From positions 1-32,000 of the forward strand of contig JAIRUP010000005.1 in NCBI GenBank assembly GCA_031254335.1: a DNA stretch of 32,000 bases, in the 5' to 3' direction. The position numbers and the translations under genes were made by a program. The notes under the pieces are model-generated. The model ran no database searches. It had not been told where the DNA came from and saw nothing but the letters and a program-made list of their open reading frames with translations. This stretch comes from Rickettsiales bacterium. Lineage in GTDB: Bacteria; Pseudomonadota; Alphaproteobacteria; Rs-D84. Below, one piece after another: positions 17,073-25,763 of the stretch (the stretch's first letter is position 1; each line of letters opens with the position of its first letter).

Positions 17073-17097
17073 ATCGCGCTCCGCGCGATAGTTTGGA

Positions 17098-17133
17098 ACA
17101 ATCTGAGATTCCCGTCTCCGCGGGAATGACAAT
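17098..17133 (-). repeat. H-hairpin repeat copy H3
   Basis: The reverse complement reads ATTGTCAT-TCCCG-CGGAGA-CGGGA-ATCTCAGATTGT. Confidence 0.65.
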
Positions 17134-17142
17134 TTAATAAAT

Positions 17143-17306
17143 AATAAACTCAAAAAATATAAGCAACGCCGCAAATTCGATGAATAATCGTCCGATACCA
17201 AGGGAAGGCGGCCCGAATGTGGACTTGCCGTCCCTGAGGCGTCGCCTGACCGCCGGTAGCGGACGATTAGGCGCGAATTTGAAAATCGTTGCTTATATTT
17301 TTTGTC
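17143..17306 (+). repeat. E-repeat copy E4
   Basis: AATAAACTCAAAAAATATAAG...GTTGCTTATATTTTTTGTC. Stems: TAAGCAACG/CGTTGCTTA, CAAATTCG/CGAATTTG and AATCGTCCG/CGGACGATT, with an apical GGAC-TTGCC-GTCC. It ends 1 nt from the argS stop codon. Confidence 0.85.
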
Positions 17307-17307
17307 T

Positions 17308-18981
17308 TTACATCTCGCTTGGGATTTGCATGCCGAGCAAGTCAATTGCGACGGTCAGGACGCGGAGGGAAATTGCGACCACCGCCTTCCTGTGCGGGTC
17401 GTCCGACTTCAATATCGGATAATTGTGGTAGTAATTGTTGACGGCCTGCGCCAAGTCATAGGCGTAATTCGCAAGCAGCTCGGTCTGGTATGTTTCCGCC
17501 GCCTTTGACACCGTCCTGTCGAAATCGTTCAGCATCATAATCAGGGCGCGTTCTCCCGCTCCGTCTATTTTGTCCCCGAATTCGCATTTGCTGAAATCCT
17601 CCCCGGCCTTGGCCTGGATTGCAAGAAGGCGCACCGCCGTATAAAGCACCCCCGCGCCGGTCCTTCCCTCGAAGCTGGTTAGCACGGCCGGCTCGAACAC
17701 ATAATTGTCCATCATTCCGTGCGCCAAATCATTGAATTTAAGCGCGGATACGGCGATTTTGCGCATATCCCCCGCCGAAATATCCTTTCCGCTCTCCTGG
17801 ACGCGTTTTTGGACTGCCTGGACGGTCATTTCCACTATCCCCCGGATGGACGGCGTGCCGCCGTCCCTGGTCTTGAAGGGCTTGCCGTCAGAACCGTTCA
17901 CGGTTCCATAGCCCAAATGCGTTAATTTCGCGTCTGAAAGCCCGGCGCGCCGCGCGACGGCGAACAACTGTTTGAAATGAAGGTTCTGCCTGAAATCGGT
18001 TATATAAAGCAGTTCGTCGGGCTTGTCGTCCCGGCTCCGATAGTAAATCGCGCCCAAATCCGTCGCGGCGTATGTGTCCGTCCCGTGCGATGTCTTGAAG
18101 AGAAGCGGCGGGGTGTTTTCGTCTATGCGGACTATTTCCGCGCCCTGGTCCTTTTCCAAAAGGTTTTTCACTCGAAGGATTTTTTCGACATCGGACACGA
18201 AGCCGGACGCGTATTTTTCCCCCTGCCATTTGTCGAACGGTATGACATTCATGCCTTCTATGATTTCCCGGGCGTCCTTCATGGTTATATTCCGGAACCA
18301 TTCGTAGATTTTGGAATATTCGGGATTGCCGCTTTGGAAAAGGGCGGTTATCTTTTGGGCGCGAGCGTTCCAGTCGGGGTCGGCTTTGGACAGCTCGGAC
18401 GCCTCGGGATAAAACTTGTTCAGCTCGTCCGCGGTAAGCGCGTCCGGCATTCCGTTCGGATATTTTTCCATAAGAATCGCTATGACCTTTCCCATCGGCA
18501 GGCCCCAGTCGCCGAGATGGTTGTAGGCGACCGTCTTATGTCCGGCCGCGCGGAGGATTCGGTTTAAGACATCGCCGACGATTAAGGCGCGAAGGTTTCC
18601 CATGTGCGCGCTTTTGGCGATATTGAAGCTGGCGTAATCCATGTCGATTTTTTTGGGCGCGGCGGCTTGGGTGATTTCGTCCGCGCGGCGCGCGGCGTCC
18701 AGCAAAAATTTATCGGTTAAAACGATATTCACGAATCCGGGCTTGGCGATTGACGCGGAGCTTACCTCGGGCATGAGGGTAAGTTCGATTGCGAGTTCCG
18801 CCGCCAAGTCCATGGGATTCGTCCCGAGGGTTTTCGCGGCCGTCATGGCGATATTGGTGGCGTAATCGCCGAAATCGGGATTTTTGGCGGCCTCGAACGC
18901 GATTTTTTGGACGATTTCGGCGGGGTATTTGCAAAGCAGAACTTTTTTCGCCGATTCCGATAAGACAAATGGGATGTTCAT
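17308..18981 (-). CDS. argS: Arginine--tRNA ligase
   Basis: 557 aa. It has an HIGH-type motif (AKSAHMGNLR), an anticodon-binding C-terminus ending in M, and the typical ArgRS blocks DFGDYATN and ITDFRQ..HF. Confidence 0.93.
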   Translation of the reverse strand: MNIPFVLSESAKKVLLCKYPAEIVQKIAFEAAKNPDFGDYATNIAMTAAKTLGTNPMDLAAELAIELTLMPEVSSASIAKPGFVNIVLTDKFLLDAARRADEITQAAAPKKIDMDYASFNIAKSAHMGNLRALIVGDVLNRILRAAGHKTVAYNHLGDWGLPMGKVIAILMEKYPNGMPDALTADELNKFYPEASELSKADPDWNARAQKITALFQSGNPEYSKIYEWFRNITMKDAREIIEGMNVIPFDKWQGEKYASGFVSDVEKILRVKNLLEKDQGAEIVRIDENTPPLLFKTSHGTDTYAATDLGAIYYRSRDDKPDELLYITDFRQNLHFKQLFAVARRAGLSDAKLTHLGYGTVNGSDGKPFKTRDGGTPSIRGIVEMTVQAVQKRVQESGKDISAGDMRKIAVSALKFNDLAHGMMDNYVFEPAVLTSFEGRTGAGVLYTAVRLLAIQAKAGEDFSKCEFGDKIDGAGERALIMMLNDFDRTVSKAAETYQTELLANYAYDLAQAVNNYYHNYPILKSDDPHRKAVVAISLRVLTVAIDLLGMQIPSEM

Positions 18982-19042
18982 TTTTAAGTTCCTGTTTTGG
19001 TGATTAATACTATCAATATATTACCAAAATCGCAAGTTCTTC

Positions 19043-19070
19043 TTGACTTATCGCGTGTCCGCGTCATAAT
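19043..19070 (+). promoter_or_regulatory. Sigma70-type promoter for the tRNA gene
   Basis: TTGACT (19043-19048), a 16-nt spacer, then CATAAT (19065-19070). It ends 12 nt before the tRNA 5' end. Confidence 0.6.
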
Positions 19071-19081
19071 GCCAGACATAT

Positions 19082-19158
<77 letters not shown>

Positions 19159-19159
19159 A

Positions 19160-20074
19160 TTATTCCATAATTTCATAATTTTCTGGGTCTGCGAATAATT
19201 TGCGCAGGACTTCGTTGTTGAGTCCGTGAGAGCCCTTGACCGATTCGACGCGGCCTACGATTTCTCCTCCGCTTGTGAACATGTCGCCGACCAAATCCAC
19301 GATTTTATGGCGCACGAATTCGTCCTTGAAATGCAGCTTGTTGAGAGTCCCGGTGCCGTCCTGATTCAGCACTATGACATTGTTCTCGGAGGCTCCCCGG
19401 CCCATTCCGCGCCGCTTCAAATATTCCCATTCCGAAATCCGGCCGAATGTCCGCGCCGTCGCTATGTCTTTTATGAACGCCGCGGCGTCGCCTTTCCAAT
19501 CGAATGCCTGTCGTCCTATGGCCTTGTCGGGATAGTCCAGGACCGCATGGATTTCTAGGCCGCGCGCGGGGGACAATTTCACGAATCCGTCCTCTTTGCG
19601 CCCCGTTTTAAGGTTGTGGAGCAAAAGCATGGCGCGCCGCGCGAACGGCAGTTTTTTTATAAGGTCTTTGCGGTATGCGACGACGGTTTTTTTGACCTTG
19701 ATTTTTTTGAGCGCGGGCGCGCCGGCGGTTCCCGCGGCCCTTATCAGTTTTATGAATTCGGCCGCGCTGCCGTCCATAATCGGCGTCTCCGGCCCGTCTA
19801 TTTCCACAATCGCGCCGTCTATTCCCATGATGAAAAGCGCGGCCATCAAATGCTCTATCGTTTGGACCGAATTTTCGCCGCGGCCGATGGTCGTGTTCAT
19901 GCGCGTGGCGTCGGATACGCCGTCCCAGGTTGCGGGTATAAGCGGCGCGCCCTTGATGTCCGTGCGGCGGAAGAATATTCCGGGCGTTTCGCTTGGCAGT
20001 ATCCGAACATTGACCGGTGCGCCGGAATGGATTCCGACGCCTTTTATTTTGACCGTATTTTTGACCGAAGCCAT
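19160..20074 (-). CDS. lpxC: UDP-3-O-acyl-N-acetylglucosamine deacetylase LpxC
   Basis: 304 aa. GVGIHSG, TIEHLMAAL, PIMDGSA and the HKIVDLVGD blocks are characteristic of LpxC. Confidence 0.92.
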   Translation of the reverse strand: MASVKNTVKIKGVGIHSGAPVNVRILPSETPGIFFRRTDIKGAPLIPATWDGVSDATRMNTTIGRGENSVQTIEHLMAALFIMGIDGAIVEIDGPETPIMDGSAAEFIKLIRAAGTAGAPALKKIKVKKTVVAYRKDLIKKLPFARRAMLLLHNLKTGRKEDGFVKLSPARGLEIHAVLDYPDKAIGRQAFDWKGDAAAFIKDIATARTFGRISEWEYLKRRGMGRGASENNVIVLNQDGTGTLNKLHFKDEFVRHKIVDLVGDMFTSGGEIVGRVESVKGSHGLNNEVLRKLFADPENYEIME

Positions 20075-20970
20075 TTGTAGAACTCCTTCTCTATTTCCGT
20101 CGTCATTTTAAGGACCTTGACCTTTTTGACGAACCAGTCCGGCAGGCGCGCCGCGTCTTTTTCGGTCGTCCAAAGCTCCGCCCGTATGGCGGCCAGCTTG
20201 GACAGTTCCGATTCTGTGAATTCGTGGTGGTCCGGGAACGAAAGCTCTACCGCCGTTTCCCTGCCGGAAAGCTCCCTTAGCGAGCGGAAGAATTTCTCGG
20301 GGTATCCTATGCCAGAGAACGCGGCGATTCTTTTTCCGAATTTTATGCTTTGGAATTTCCGCGCGGCCGAAAACACCGGGATGTTCTTTATCATATTTTT
20401 AAGGCCGGTCTTGTCCTCGCCTACTATGATGACGGCGTCCGCGCGGGCGAGGCCGGATTTCAGGGATTCCCTAAGCGGCCCGGCGGGAAGGATATATCCG
20501 TTTCCTATTCCGAGGTTGCCGTCGAAAACCAAAATCGAGACCGTCTTTTTAATCGTGGGATTCTGGAATCCGTCGTCCATTATTATGCAGTCGTATTTCT
20601 GCATTTTGGAAAGGTTCGCGCGGCGGTTCTTGCCGACGAATACATCCGCGTGCTTGGAAAGCATTTTAGCCTCGTCGCCGATGTCGCGCACTGTGTCGGT
20701 TTTGACGGCTTTGCCGGTTTTTCCGCCGCCGTATCCGCGCATGAGTATTGCCGAGTTCGGAGTGTTTTGGGCGATTTCCATGACGATTGGCGTTTTCCCG
20801 ACGCCGCCCGCGAATATGTTCCCGACGCAGATTACGGGCTTTTTGGATGCGGCCGCGCCGAAGGAACGGACGATGAAATGCGCCTTGGCCGCCGCGTTAT
20901 ACAGGAACGCCAAAGGCGAGAGGGCGCGCGCCGCAAAATTCCTTTTCAAGAACCAGGATGGAGTGTTCAT
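20044..20970 (-). CDS. lpxK: Tetraacyldisaccharide 4'-kinase LpxK
   Basis: 308 aa. VICVGNIFAGGVGKTP is the P-loop, and MDDGFQN and RGYGG blocks are present. The 3' end overlaps the lpxC start by 31 nt. Confidence 0.88.
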   Translation of the reverse strand: MNTPSWFLKRNFAARALSPLAFLYNAAAKAHFIVRSFGAAASKKPVICVGNIFAGGVGKTPIVMEIAQNTPNSAILMRGYGGGKTGKAVKTDTVRDIGDEAKMLSKHADVFVGKNRRANLSKMQKYDCIIMDDGFQNPTIKKTVSILVFDGNLGIGNGYILPAGPLRESLKSGLARADAVIIVGEDKTGLKNMIKNIPVFSAARKFQSIKFGKRIAAFSGIGYPEKFFRSLRELSGRETAVELSFPDHHEFTESELSKLAAIRAELWTTEKDAARLPDWFVKKVKVLKMTTEIEKEFYKWLRSKIRSK

Positions 20971-21671
20971 TGCGATTTCTTCGAGTCGGCCGGTTGTATT
21001 TTTTCTATGCCGAATTCGGCGTCCAAGTTCTGCATTTGCTCCACCATTGTTTGCTCCAACCCGGCCTTGACTGTTTTAAGCTCGTCCTCGGAAATACTCC
21101 GCGGGACATAGACCGGGATTCCGACATCGACCTTTATGCGGCCGAAGGGCTTGCAAATCATATATCTGTCCCAGCTGCGCTTTATGGCGCGCCGCGAGCA
21201 CGAATAGCATACGGGGATGACGGGCGCGCCGGTTATTTTGGCGAGATAGAATATTCCGTCCTCCTTTATTCTCATGCGCGGGCCGCGGGGGCCGTCGGGC
21301 GTCATGCAAATCATGCCTCCGCGGCGAAGGACCCTTATGCCCTCGCGCAGGACCGAGGCTCCGTTCTTGCTGGTGCTTCCGAATATGGGCCTTAAACCGA
21401 ATATGCGCTGAATCTTGGCCATAAGCCTTCCGTCCCTGTGCATGGACGATATGGCGTATCCCGACAGCCCGCGAGTGCGGACCAAGGGGGAAAGCATCAT
21501 GCTTCGCCCGTGCCAGAACGCGAACAGGGCGGGTTTCTTTTTGTATTCCTTGAAAATTCTCCTGTTTTCGACGGCGACCCGGTTGGATAAGAATATGAGC
21601 CATATGACGCCGGATACGATTCCGGCGACAAGCCATTGGACGGGGGCGATTCCGAGTATTTTCTTCATCAT
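20967..21671 (-). CDS. DUF374-type lysophospholipid acyltransferase-family protein
   Basis: 234 aa with an N-terminal TM segment. FWHGR, S.S.DG and TPDGPRGP blocks match my recollection of DUF374 proteins, which accompany lpxK/waaA in alphaproteobacteria. ATGA overlap with lpxK. Confidence 0.65.
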   Translation of the reverse strand: MMKKILGIAPVQWLVAGIVSGVIWLIFLSNRVAVENRRIFKEYKKKPALFAFWHGRSMMLSPLVRTRGLSGYAISSMHRDGRLMAKIQRIFGLRPIFGSTSKNGASVLREGIRVLRRGGMICMTPDGPRGPRMRIKEDGIFYLAKITGAPVIPVCYSCSRRAIKRSWDRYMICKPFGRIKVDVGIPVYVPRSISEDELKTVKAGLEQTMVEQMQNLDAEFGIEKIQPADSKKSQ

Positions 21672-21702
21672 AAATGAATTTTAGCAAGGGCGGCAAAGGA
21701 AT

Positions 21703-22107
21703 TCAAGGAATTACCGTAATCTCCCGCGCGTCGCCAATCGGGTTTTCAATAAGGATTTTTATCCCGTTTTTGACAAGCCCCGCGGCCTTCTCGGGCCATT
21801 CTATGAATACGATGGAATTGGCGAGATAATCGGCCAAGCCAAGCTCGGCCAGTTCGTCGGAAGATTCCACGCGGTATAAATCGAAATGGGCTATGCGGCC
21901 GCGCGGGGAATCGTAGGTCTGGACTATATTGAAAGTCGGGCTTGGGACAATCGTGTCCGCGCCGCATAATTCGCGGATTGCGAAGCGGACGAATTCGGTC
22001 TTGCCCGCGCCGAGCGGCCCGGATAGAAGAACGGCCTGCGGCGCGCGAAGCGCGGCCGCGAATTCCCGCGCGAAACTTTCAAGTTCGGACAACGAATTGA
22101 TTTTCAT
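21703..22107 (-). CDS. tsaE: tRNA t6A37 biosynthesis ATPase TsaE (YjeE)
   Basis: 134 aa. It has the LSGPLGAGKTEFVR P-loop, SPTFNIVQTY, HFDLYR and the IEWPE blocks. Confidence 0.85.
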   Translation of the reverse strand: MKINSLSELESFAREFAAALRAPQAVLLSGPLGAGKTEFVRFAIRELCGADTIVPSPTFNIVQTYDSPRGRIAHFDLYRVESSDELAELGLADYLANSIVFIEWPEKAAGLVKNGIKILIENPIGDAREITVIP

Positions 22108-22120
22108 ATATTGATTATAA

Positions 22121-22157
22121 TAACCTGGATGGTCGGGTCAAGCCCGACCATGACAAT
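22121..22157 (-). repeat. H-hairpin repeat copy H4
   Basis: The reverse complement reads ATTGTCAT-GGTCGGG-CTTGA-CCCGACC-ATCCAGGTTA. Confidence 0.65.
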
Positions 22158-22169
22158 TTAATTGATATT

Positions 22170-22334
22170 AATAAACTCAAAAAATATTAGGCCAATCGCA
22201 ATTTCGAGGATAGATTTTCGAGAAACAAGAAAACCCGGCCGCCGTCTGGACATCGGCGTCCGCGGCGCGTCGGGTTTTCGCAGTTAATCGGAAATATAGA
22301 CCGAAATTGAAATATTGGCCTTATATTTTTTGTC
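22170..22334 (+). repeat. E-repeat copy E5
   Basis: AATAAACTCAAAAAATATTAG...TTGGCCTTATATTTTTTGTC. Stems: TAGGCCAAT/ATTGGCCTA, CAATTTCG/CGAAATTG and GAAAACCCG/CGGGTTTTC, with an apical GGAC-ATCGGC-GTCC. The right end overlaps the stop codon at 22333-22335. Confidence 0.85.
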
Positions 22335-22914
22335 ATTTGCAATTCGACATATAGTCGAAATAGTCGAAGCCGTCGATGTGGCGGTTGCGCAAATCGGCTT
22401 CCATCTCCATCTCGCGCAGGACTATTTGCAGTTCCGGCGAAAGTTCTATTTGCATCGCCATATCGTCCACCGCGTCGCCGGACAGGGGCGCGTGCGGGAC
22501 GGTTTTCGCCGCCGCCGTCAAGGCCTTTTCCAGTTTGTCCTTGAAATCGAACAGTATGGATTGATAGGTTTCGACATGGTCGCTTTCATGCCCCAGGACC
22601 GCGTCCCATTCGCAGGAACCCTTCCTGAACCGCTTGTCGATTCTGATAAGGAAATCGTATTTGATTTCGGCGGCGACGGCGGTCAGGACGACGCATTCCG
22701 CGTTCTGCCCGGTTTCCAGGGTCAGTTTCTTTTGGAATGTCGCAATGACTTCCCCGTATCTGTTGGGTATGGCCTCCGAATTCTTTATTTCCGTTTTGGA
22801 ATCGGGGATTGATACCGAAACCGAAACGGGTCCCTTCGAGCAGAAAGTGCGCTTGGCCTCCGCCGGAATAACATTCATTATCGCAAACAAAATCATAATT
22901 ATTCTAACAATCAT
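22333..22914 (-). CDS. Secreted hypothetical protein with HExxH motif (possibly DUF922-like Zn protease)
   Basis: 193 aa. The N-terminal signal-like segment is MIVRIIMILFAIMNVIPAEA. CEWDAVLGHESDHV contains HESDH. The layout (Cys..W..HExxH) recalls DUF922/COG5661, from memory only. Confidence 0.5.
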   Translation of the reverse strand: MIVRIIMILFAIMNVIPAEAKRTFCSKGPVSVSVSIPDSKTEIKNSEAIPNRYGEVIATFQKKLTLETGQNAECVVLTAVAAEIKYDFLIRIDKRFRKGSCEWDAVLGHESDHVETYQSILFDFKDKLEKALTAAAKTVPHAPLSGDAVDDMAMQIELSPELQIVLREMEMEADLRNRHIDGFDYFDYMSNCK

Positions 22915-22930
22915 ATTTATATGCTAAATT

Positions 22931-22967
22931 ACCTGGATGGTCTTAGTCAACCCCGACTATTGACAAT
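22931..22967 (-). repeat. H-hairpin repeat copy H5 (degenerate)
   Basis: The reverse complement reads ATTGTCAAT-AGTCGGGG-TTGAC-TAAGACC-ATCCAGGT. The flanks are conserved but the stem is decayed. Confidence 0.45.
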
Positions 22968-23020
22968 AATAAATAGGCTCGAAAATTTTTAACGAAATAT
23001 TGAGGTTAAAATTTTTGTCA
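22967..23020 (+). repeat. Possible minimal or decayed E-repeat (termini only)
   Basis: AATAAATAGGCTCGAAAATTTTTAAC-GAAATATTGAG-GTTAAAATTTTTGTCA has E-like ends around a short AT-rich hairpin. The terminal TCA is the virB4 stop codon, the same geometry as E5. Confidence 0.3.
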
Positions 23021-25423
23021 GCTTGATTGTTTAAGGTATTCCCAAACAAAATTGCTTCCCTGCGATTTGTATATTTCTTCGGCGAGCAGGACGCTTTTGC
23101 GGCCGCTCTCGAAAAGCCTGAGATATGGCCCAAGGCCGCCGAGTTCCGTATTGAGCACCACCGATTCGTTTGTAATCGGCCTGCGCAGCAGAACCGCCCT
23201 TTTAAGGTTGGGATAGAGCTTCCCTTGTATGAACGCCATCTCCATGGGGCTTAGCCGCCAATTCTCGTAATCCGAGGCGTCCGCCGCCGGATTCCTGAAA
23301 AAGAGAATCGTCTGCGCCTGGCCGCGCACGACATCGCCTATGCCCAGCTTGTCCAGAATATTCGCGCGCTGGAAGGCCGCCATATAGGCCTGCCTGTTTT
23401 TCCGCCCCTCGGAAAGGCCCGTTATGAAATTCTTGCGGAACTGTTCGTTTTCAAGCATGGGCGCGGTTTCGTCTATCATAATCAAACTTGGATTGCCGCC
23501 CGCAAGCGTTATATTGTTGATTCTTTGGAGCAGATAGCTGAGGACGCCGGGGGACAGGGCCGGGTCGTCTATGATATTCGTGAAATCGAATGTGGTGAGG
23601 CGCGAATGCAGGTCTATGCTGTCCTTCCCCTCGTTGAATATGGTTCCGTATTGGTTGTCGTCTATCCATCTTTTCATATTCGCGCGGACGGTTCCCGCGG
23701 ACGAAAAGCACGACGGGACGATGTTTTTAAGCTTCCTGTCGCGGGCGGCGAGATAATCGAAATTCACCGCGACCGCGTTCGATATTTCCTCCAAGCTGGC
23801 GGCGTCCGTCTGACCCGATAAAATGGACATCCACCGTTTAAGGAAATCCCTGTCGGCGTCCGTCCCGTCCATCATAAGGGGGTTCATTTTGCTTTCTATT
23901 CCGATGTCGATTTTGTCGGCGTTCTGCGACCTGTTCTCGAATGTAAGGTATTTTCCGCCGACCGAAAGCGTGAATATTTCCGCCCCGCGGTTCCTGTCGA
24001 AGAAGAACGACTTCAATTTCGGATGCCGCATGGACTGCGATATTAAAAACGAGAAAAGCGTGGTTTTACCCTGGCCCGTGGGTCCGATTACTATGCTGTG
24101 CGCGGCGGCCGCCTGGCCCTGGGACACATGGAATTGGAATTTATAGGGCGTTCCCTCTGCCGTAGGGAATACCGCGATGGGGCCCTGTCCCCAGTCGGAA
24201 TTGTCGAAGCCGCCCGGGACCAGTGCGCATGGAACCGACGCCGCGGCCGCGCTTGAAAGCAATTTATAGCTGCGCGGGAAATCGTCGAAGCCGGGCGTCA
24301 TGGAAAAGAACGCGGGTTTGAGGCCGAAGTTTTCGACCGCGCTTGTAATCCCGAAATTGGCGCATATTTTTTGGAATTCGGCTATGGCGGCCAAGAGTTC
24401 GGACGAACTGTCGGCGCGAAGCATGAAAAGGGGATAATAATCGAATAGATTCTGGGAGCCGGCCGCGTCCTCGTCCATCATGCCGAGCGTTTCCTCGATT
24501 TGTTCGGACACCGTGTTGAAGCTTCGTTCGTTGTCGCTTGAAATCTGCTTTTTATTGAAATGGCTTTCGGCCGCGCGCCGCGACATCGGAATCATTCCGT
24601 TCATGACGACGATTTCCGATTGAAGGGATGAAAGCGATGTGAAGAACTCCTCGTCCATCCAGTCGGGCGCGGTCCTGAAACTGAGGCAGGCCGCGTATTT
24701 CACCCTGTCGCCTGATGAATATTCCAAATGCCCGCCCTGGAACGACACATCGTTCGTCGCGGCCAAATCCGAAAAATTCCCCTGGCTTAGATTTATCCTG
24801 GATTCGGACAGCGGCGACAGGATTTTGGAATAGAACGAGGCGGCGTTGTCCGCCGAATCGTGCTTCAATACGGACACTCCGTATGGGGCGAACACGGACT
24901 CGAACGAATTGGACGCCGCGGACAAATTTTCCATATTTCCGGCAGAAATCACGAGATAATAGCTGTTTTTATAGAGTTTAAGGCCCTGGTTGTTCCATTG
25001 GTCGTGTATGTCCTGCAATATCCTCTCGTCGAACTCGAAATCCGTCCTGGCATAATCCCGCGAGCGCGCCATGAAAAACCTGAGGACCGTGTCCCCGCCC
25101 TGCATCTGCTGCAAAAAGCGGGTGCGTATGTCAAGGAATTGCCTTTGCTTCTCGGGCTCCGTCATATTCGTTTGGATTCCCGATATGGCATACACCCTGA
25201 ATATTCTGCCGTTTTCGAGCAAAACCGTCGTTTTGTCGTCGAGCGGATACTTGAACGGAAGGTATTCCGCATACGACTTGTATCCGAACTTCGGGAACGC
25301 TATTTTTCCGAGAAGCCCCAGATAAATCAGAAACACTATGAAGATTCCGAACGCGGCGGCGGCCATGAGCGCGGCGGTCATGAACGAGCTGTCCTTGGTG
25401 AAGATTATTTCCAACGCTTCCAT
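23018..25423 (-). CDS. virB4: Type IV secretion system ATPase VirB4
   Basis: 801 aa with an N-terminal TM segment. The Walker A is GPTGQGKTT and the Walker B region is PSLIMIDETAPML. It is translationally coupled to virB3 (TGATG overlap). Confidence 0.9.
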   Translation of the reverse strand: MEALEIIFTKDSSFMTAALMAAAAFGIFIVFLIYLGLLGKIAFPKFGYKSYAEYLPFKYPLDDKTTVLLENGRIFRVYAISGIQTNMTEPEKQRQFLDIRTRFLQQMQGGDTVLRFFMARSRDYARTDFEFDERILQDIHDQWNNQGLKLYKNSYYLVISAGNMENLSAASNSFESVFAPYGVSVLKHDSADNAASFYSKILSPLSESRINLSQGNFSDLAATNDVSFQGGHLEYSSGDRVKYAACLSFRTAPDWMDEEFFTSLSSLQSEIVVMNGMIPMSRRAAESHFNKKQISSDNERSFNTVSEQIEETLGMMDEDAAGSQNLFDYYPLFMLRADSSSELLAAIAEFQKICANFGITSAVENFGLKPAFFSMTPGFDDFPRSYKLLSSAAAASVPCALVPGGFDNSDWGQGPIAVFPTAEGTPYKFQFHVSQGQAAAAHSIVIGPTGQGKTTLFSFLISQSMRHPKLKSFFFDRNRGAEIFTLSVGGKYLTFENRSQNADKIDIGIESKMNPLMMDGTDADRDFLKRWMSILSGQTDAASLEEISNAVAVNFDYLAARDRKLKNIVPSCFSSAGTVRANMKRWIDDNQYGTIFNEGKDSIDLHSRLTTFDFTNIIDDPALSPGVLSYLLQRINNITLAGGNPSLIMIDETAPMLENEQFRKNFITGLSEGRKNRQAYMAAFQRANILDKLGIGDVVRGQAQTILFFRNPAADASDYENWRLSPMEMAFIQGKLYPNLKRAVLLRRPITNESVVLNTELGGLGPYLRLFESGRKSVLLAEEIYKSQGSNFVWEYLKQSS

Positions 25424-25701
25424 CAGCTTATAAGGTTCCGGGGGATTTTCATTCTGATTATTTTAAGGTTCGCGGATATTATTCGGCCCATTTGCGGCTC
25501 TTTGCTTGAAATCCGGGCGATTGTATAGTGGGACGCCATGAACGGGACGAGAAAATAGAGCGGGTTTGCGTTTCCTTGGAATACGACCAAAAAAACTATG
25601 AATAATATGAAAAAAACCGCGAAATTCAACATGGCGAGTCCATAAGGCGCGCCAAGGATTCTAAGCGGATTCGTTATTGCTTTTTGGATTGCTATTTTCA
25701 T
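25423..25701 (-). CDS. virB3: Type IV secretion system protein VirB3
   Basis: 92 aa. NPLRILGAPYGLAMLNF is followed by a hydrophobic hairpin, as in the VirB3 family. It lies directly upstream of virB4. Confidence 0.75.
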   Translation of the reverse strand: MKIAIQKAITNPLRILGAPYGLAMLNFAVFFILFIVFLVVFQGNANPLYFLVPFMASHYTIARISSKEPQMGRIISANLKIIRMKIPRNLIS

Positions 25702-25720
25702 CTCTCTTTCCCTGTCCTAA

Positions 25721-25750
25721 ATTATAACATATTCAGCTTGTTATTAACAA
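25721..25750 (-). promoter_or_regulatory. Candidate virB3-virB4 promoter with extended -10
   Basis: The minus strand reads TTGTTA (25750-25745), an 18-nt spacer, then TGtTATAAT (the TATAAT is the rc of 25721-25726). It lies about 20 nt upstream of the virB3 ATG region. Confidence 0.5.
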
Positions 25751-25763
25751 GGCTTAATAAGCC
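25737..25763. promoter_or_regulatory. Two abutting perfect palindromes overlapping the -35 (operator-like)
   Basis: CTTGTTA-T-TAACAAG (25737-25751) and GGCTTA-A-TAAGCC (25751-25763). Confidence 0.4.

Noticed and set aside
25744-25757. CtrA-box-like TTAA...TTAA in the virB3 upstream palindromes.
   Set aside because: The spacing is TTAA-N6-TTAA rather than the established TTAA-N7-TTAA. In such AT-rich DNA this is likely a coincidence.
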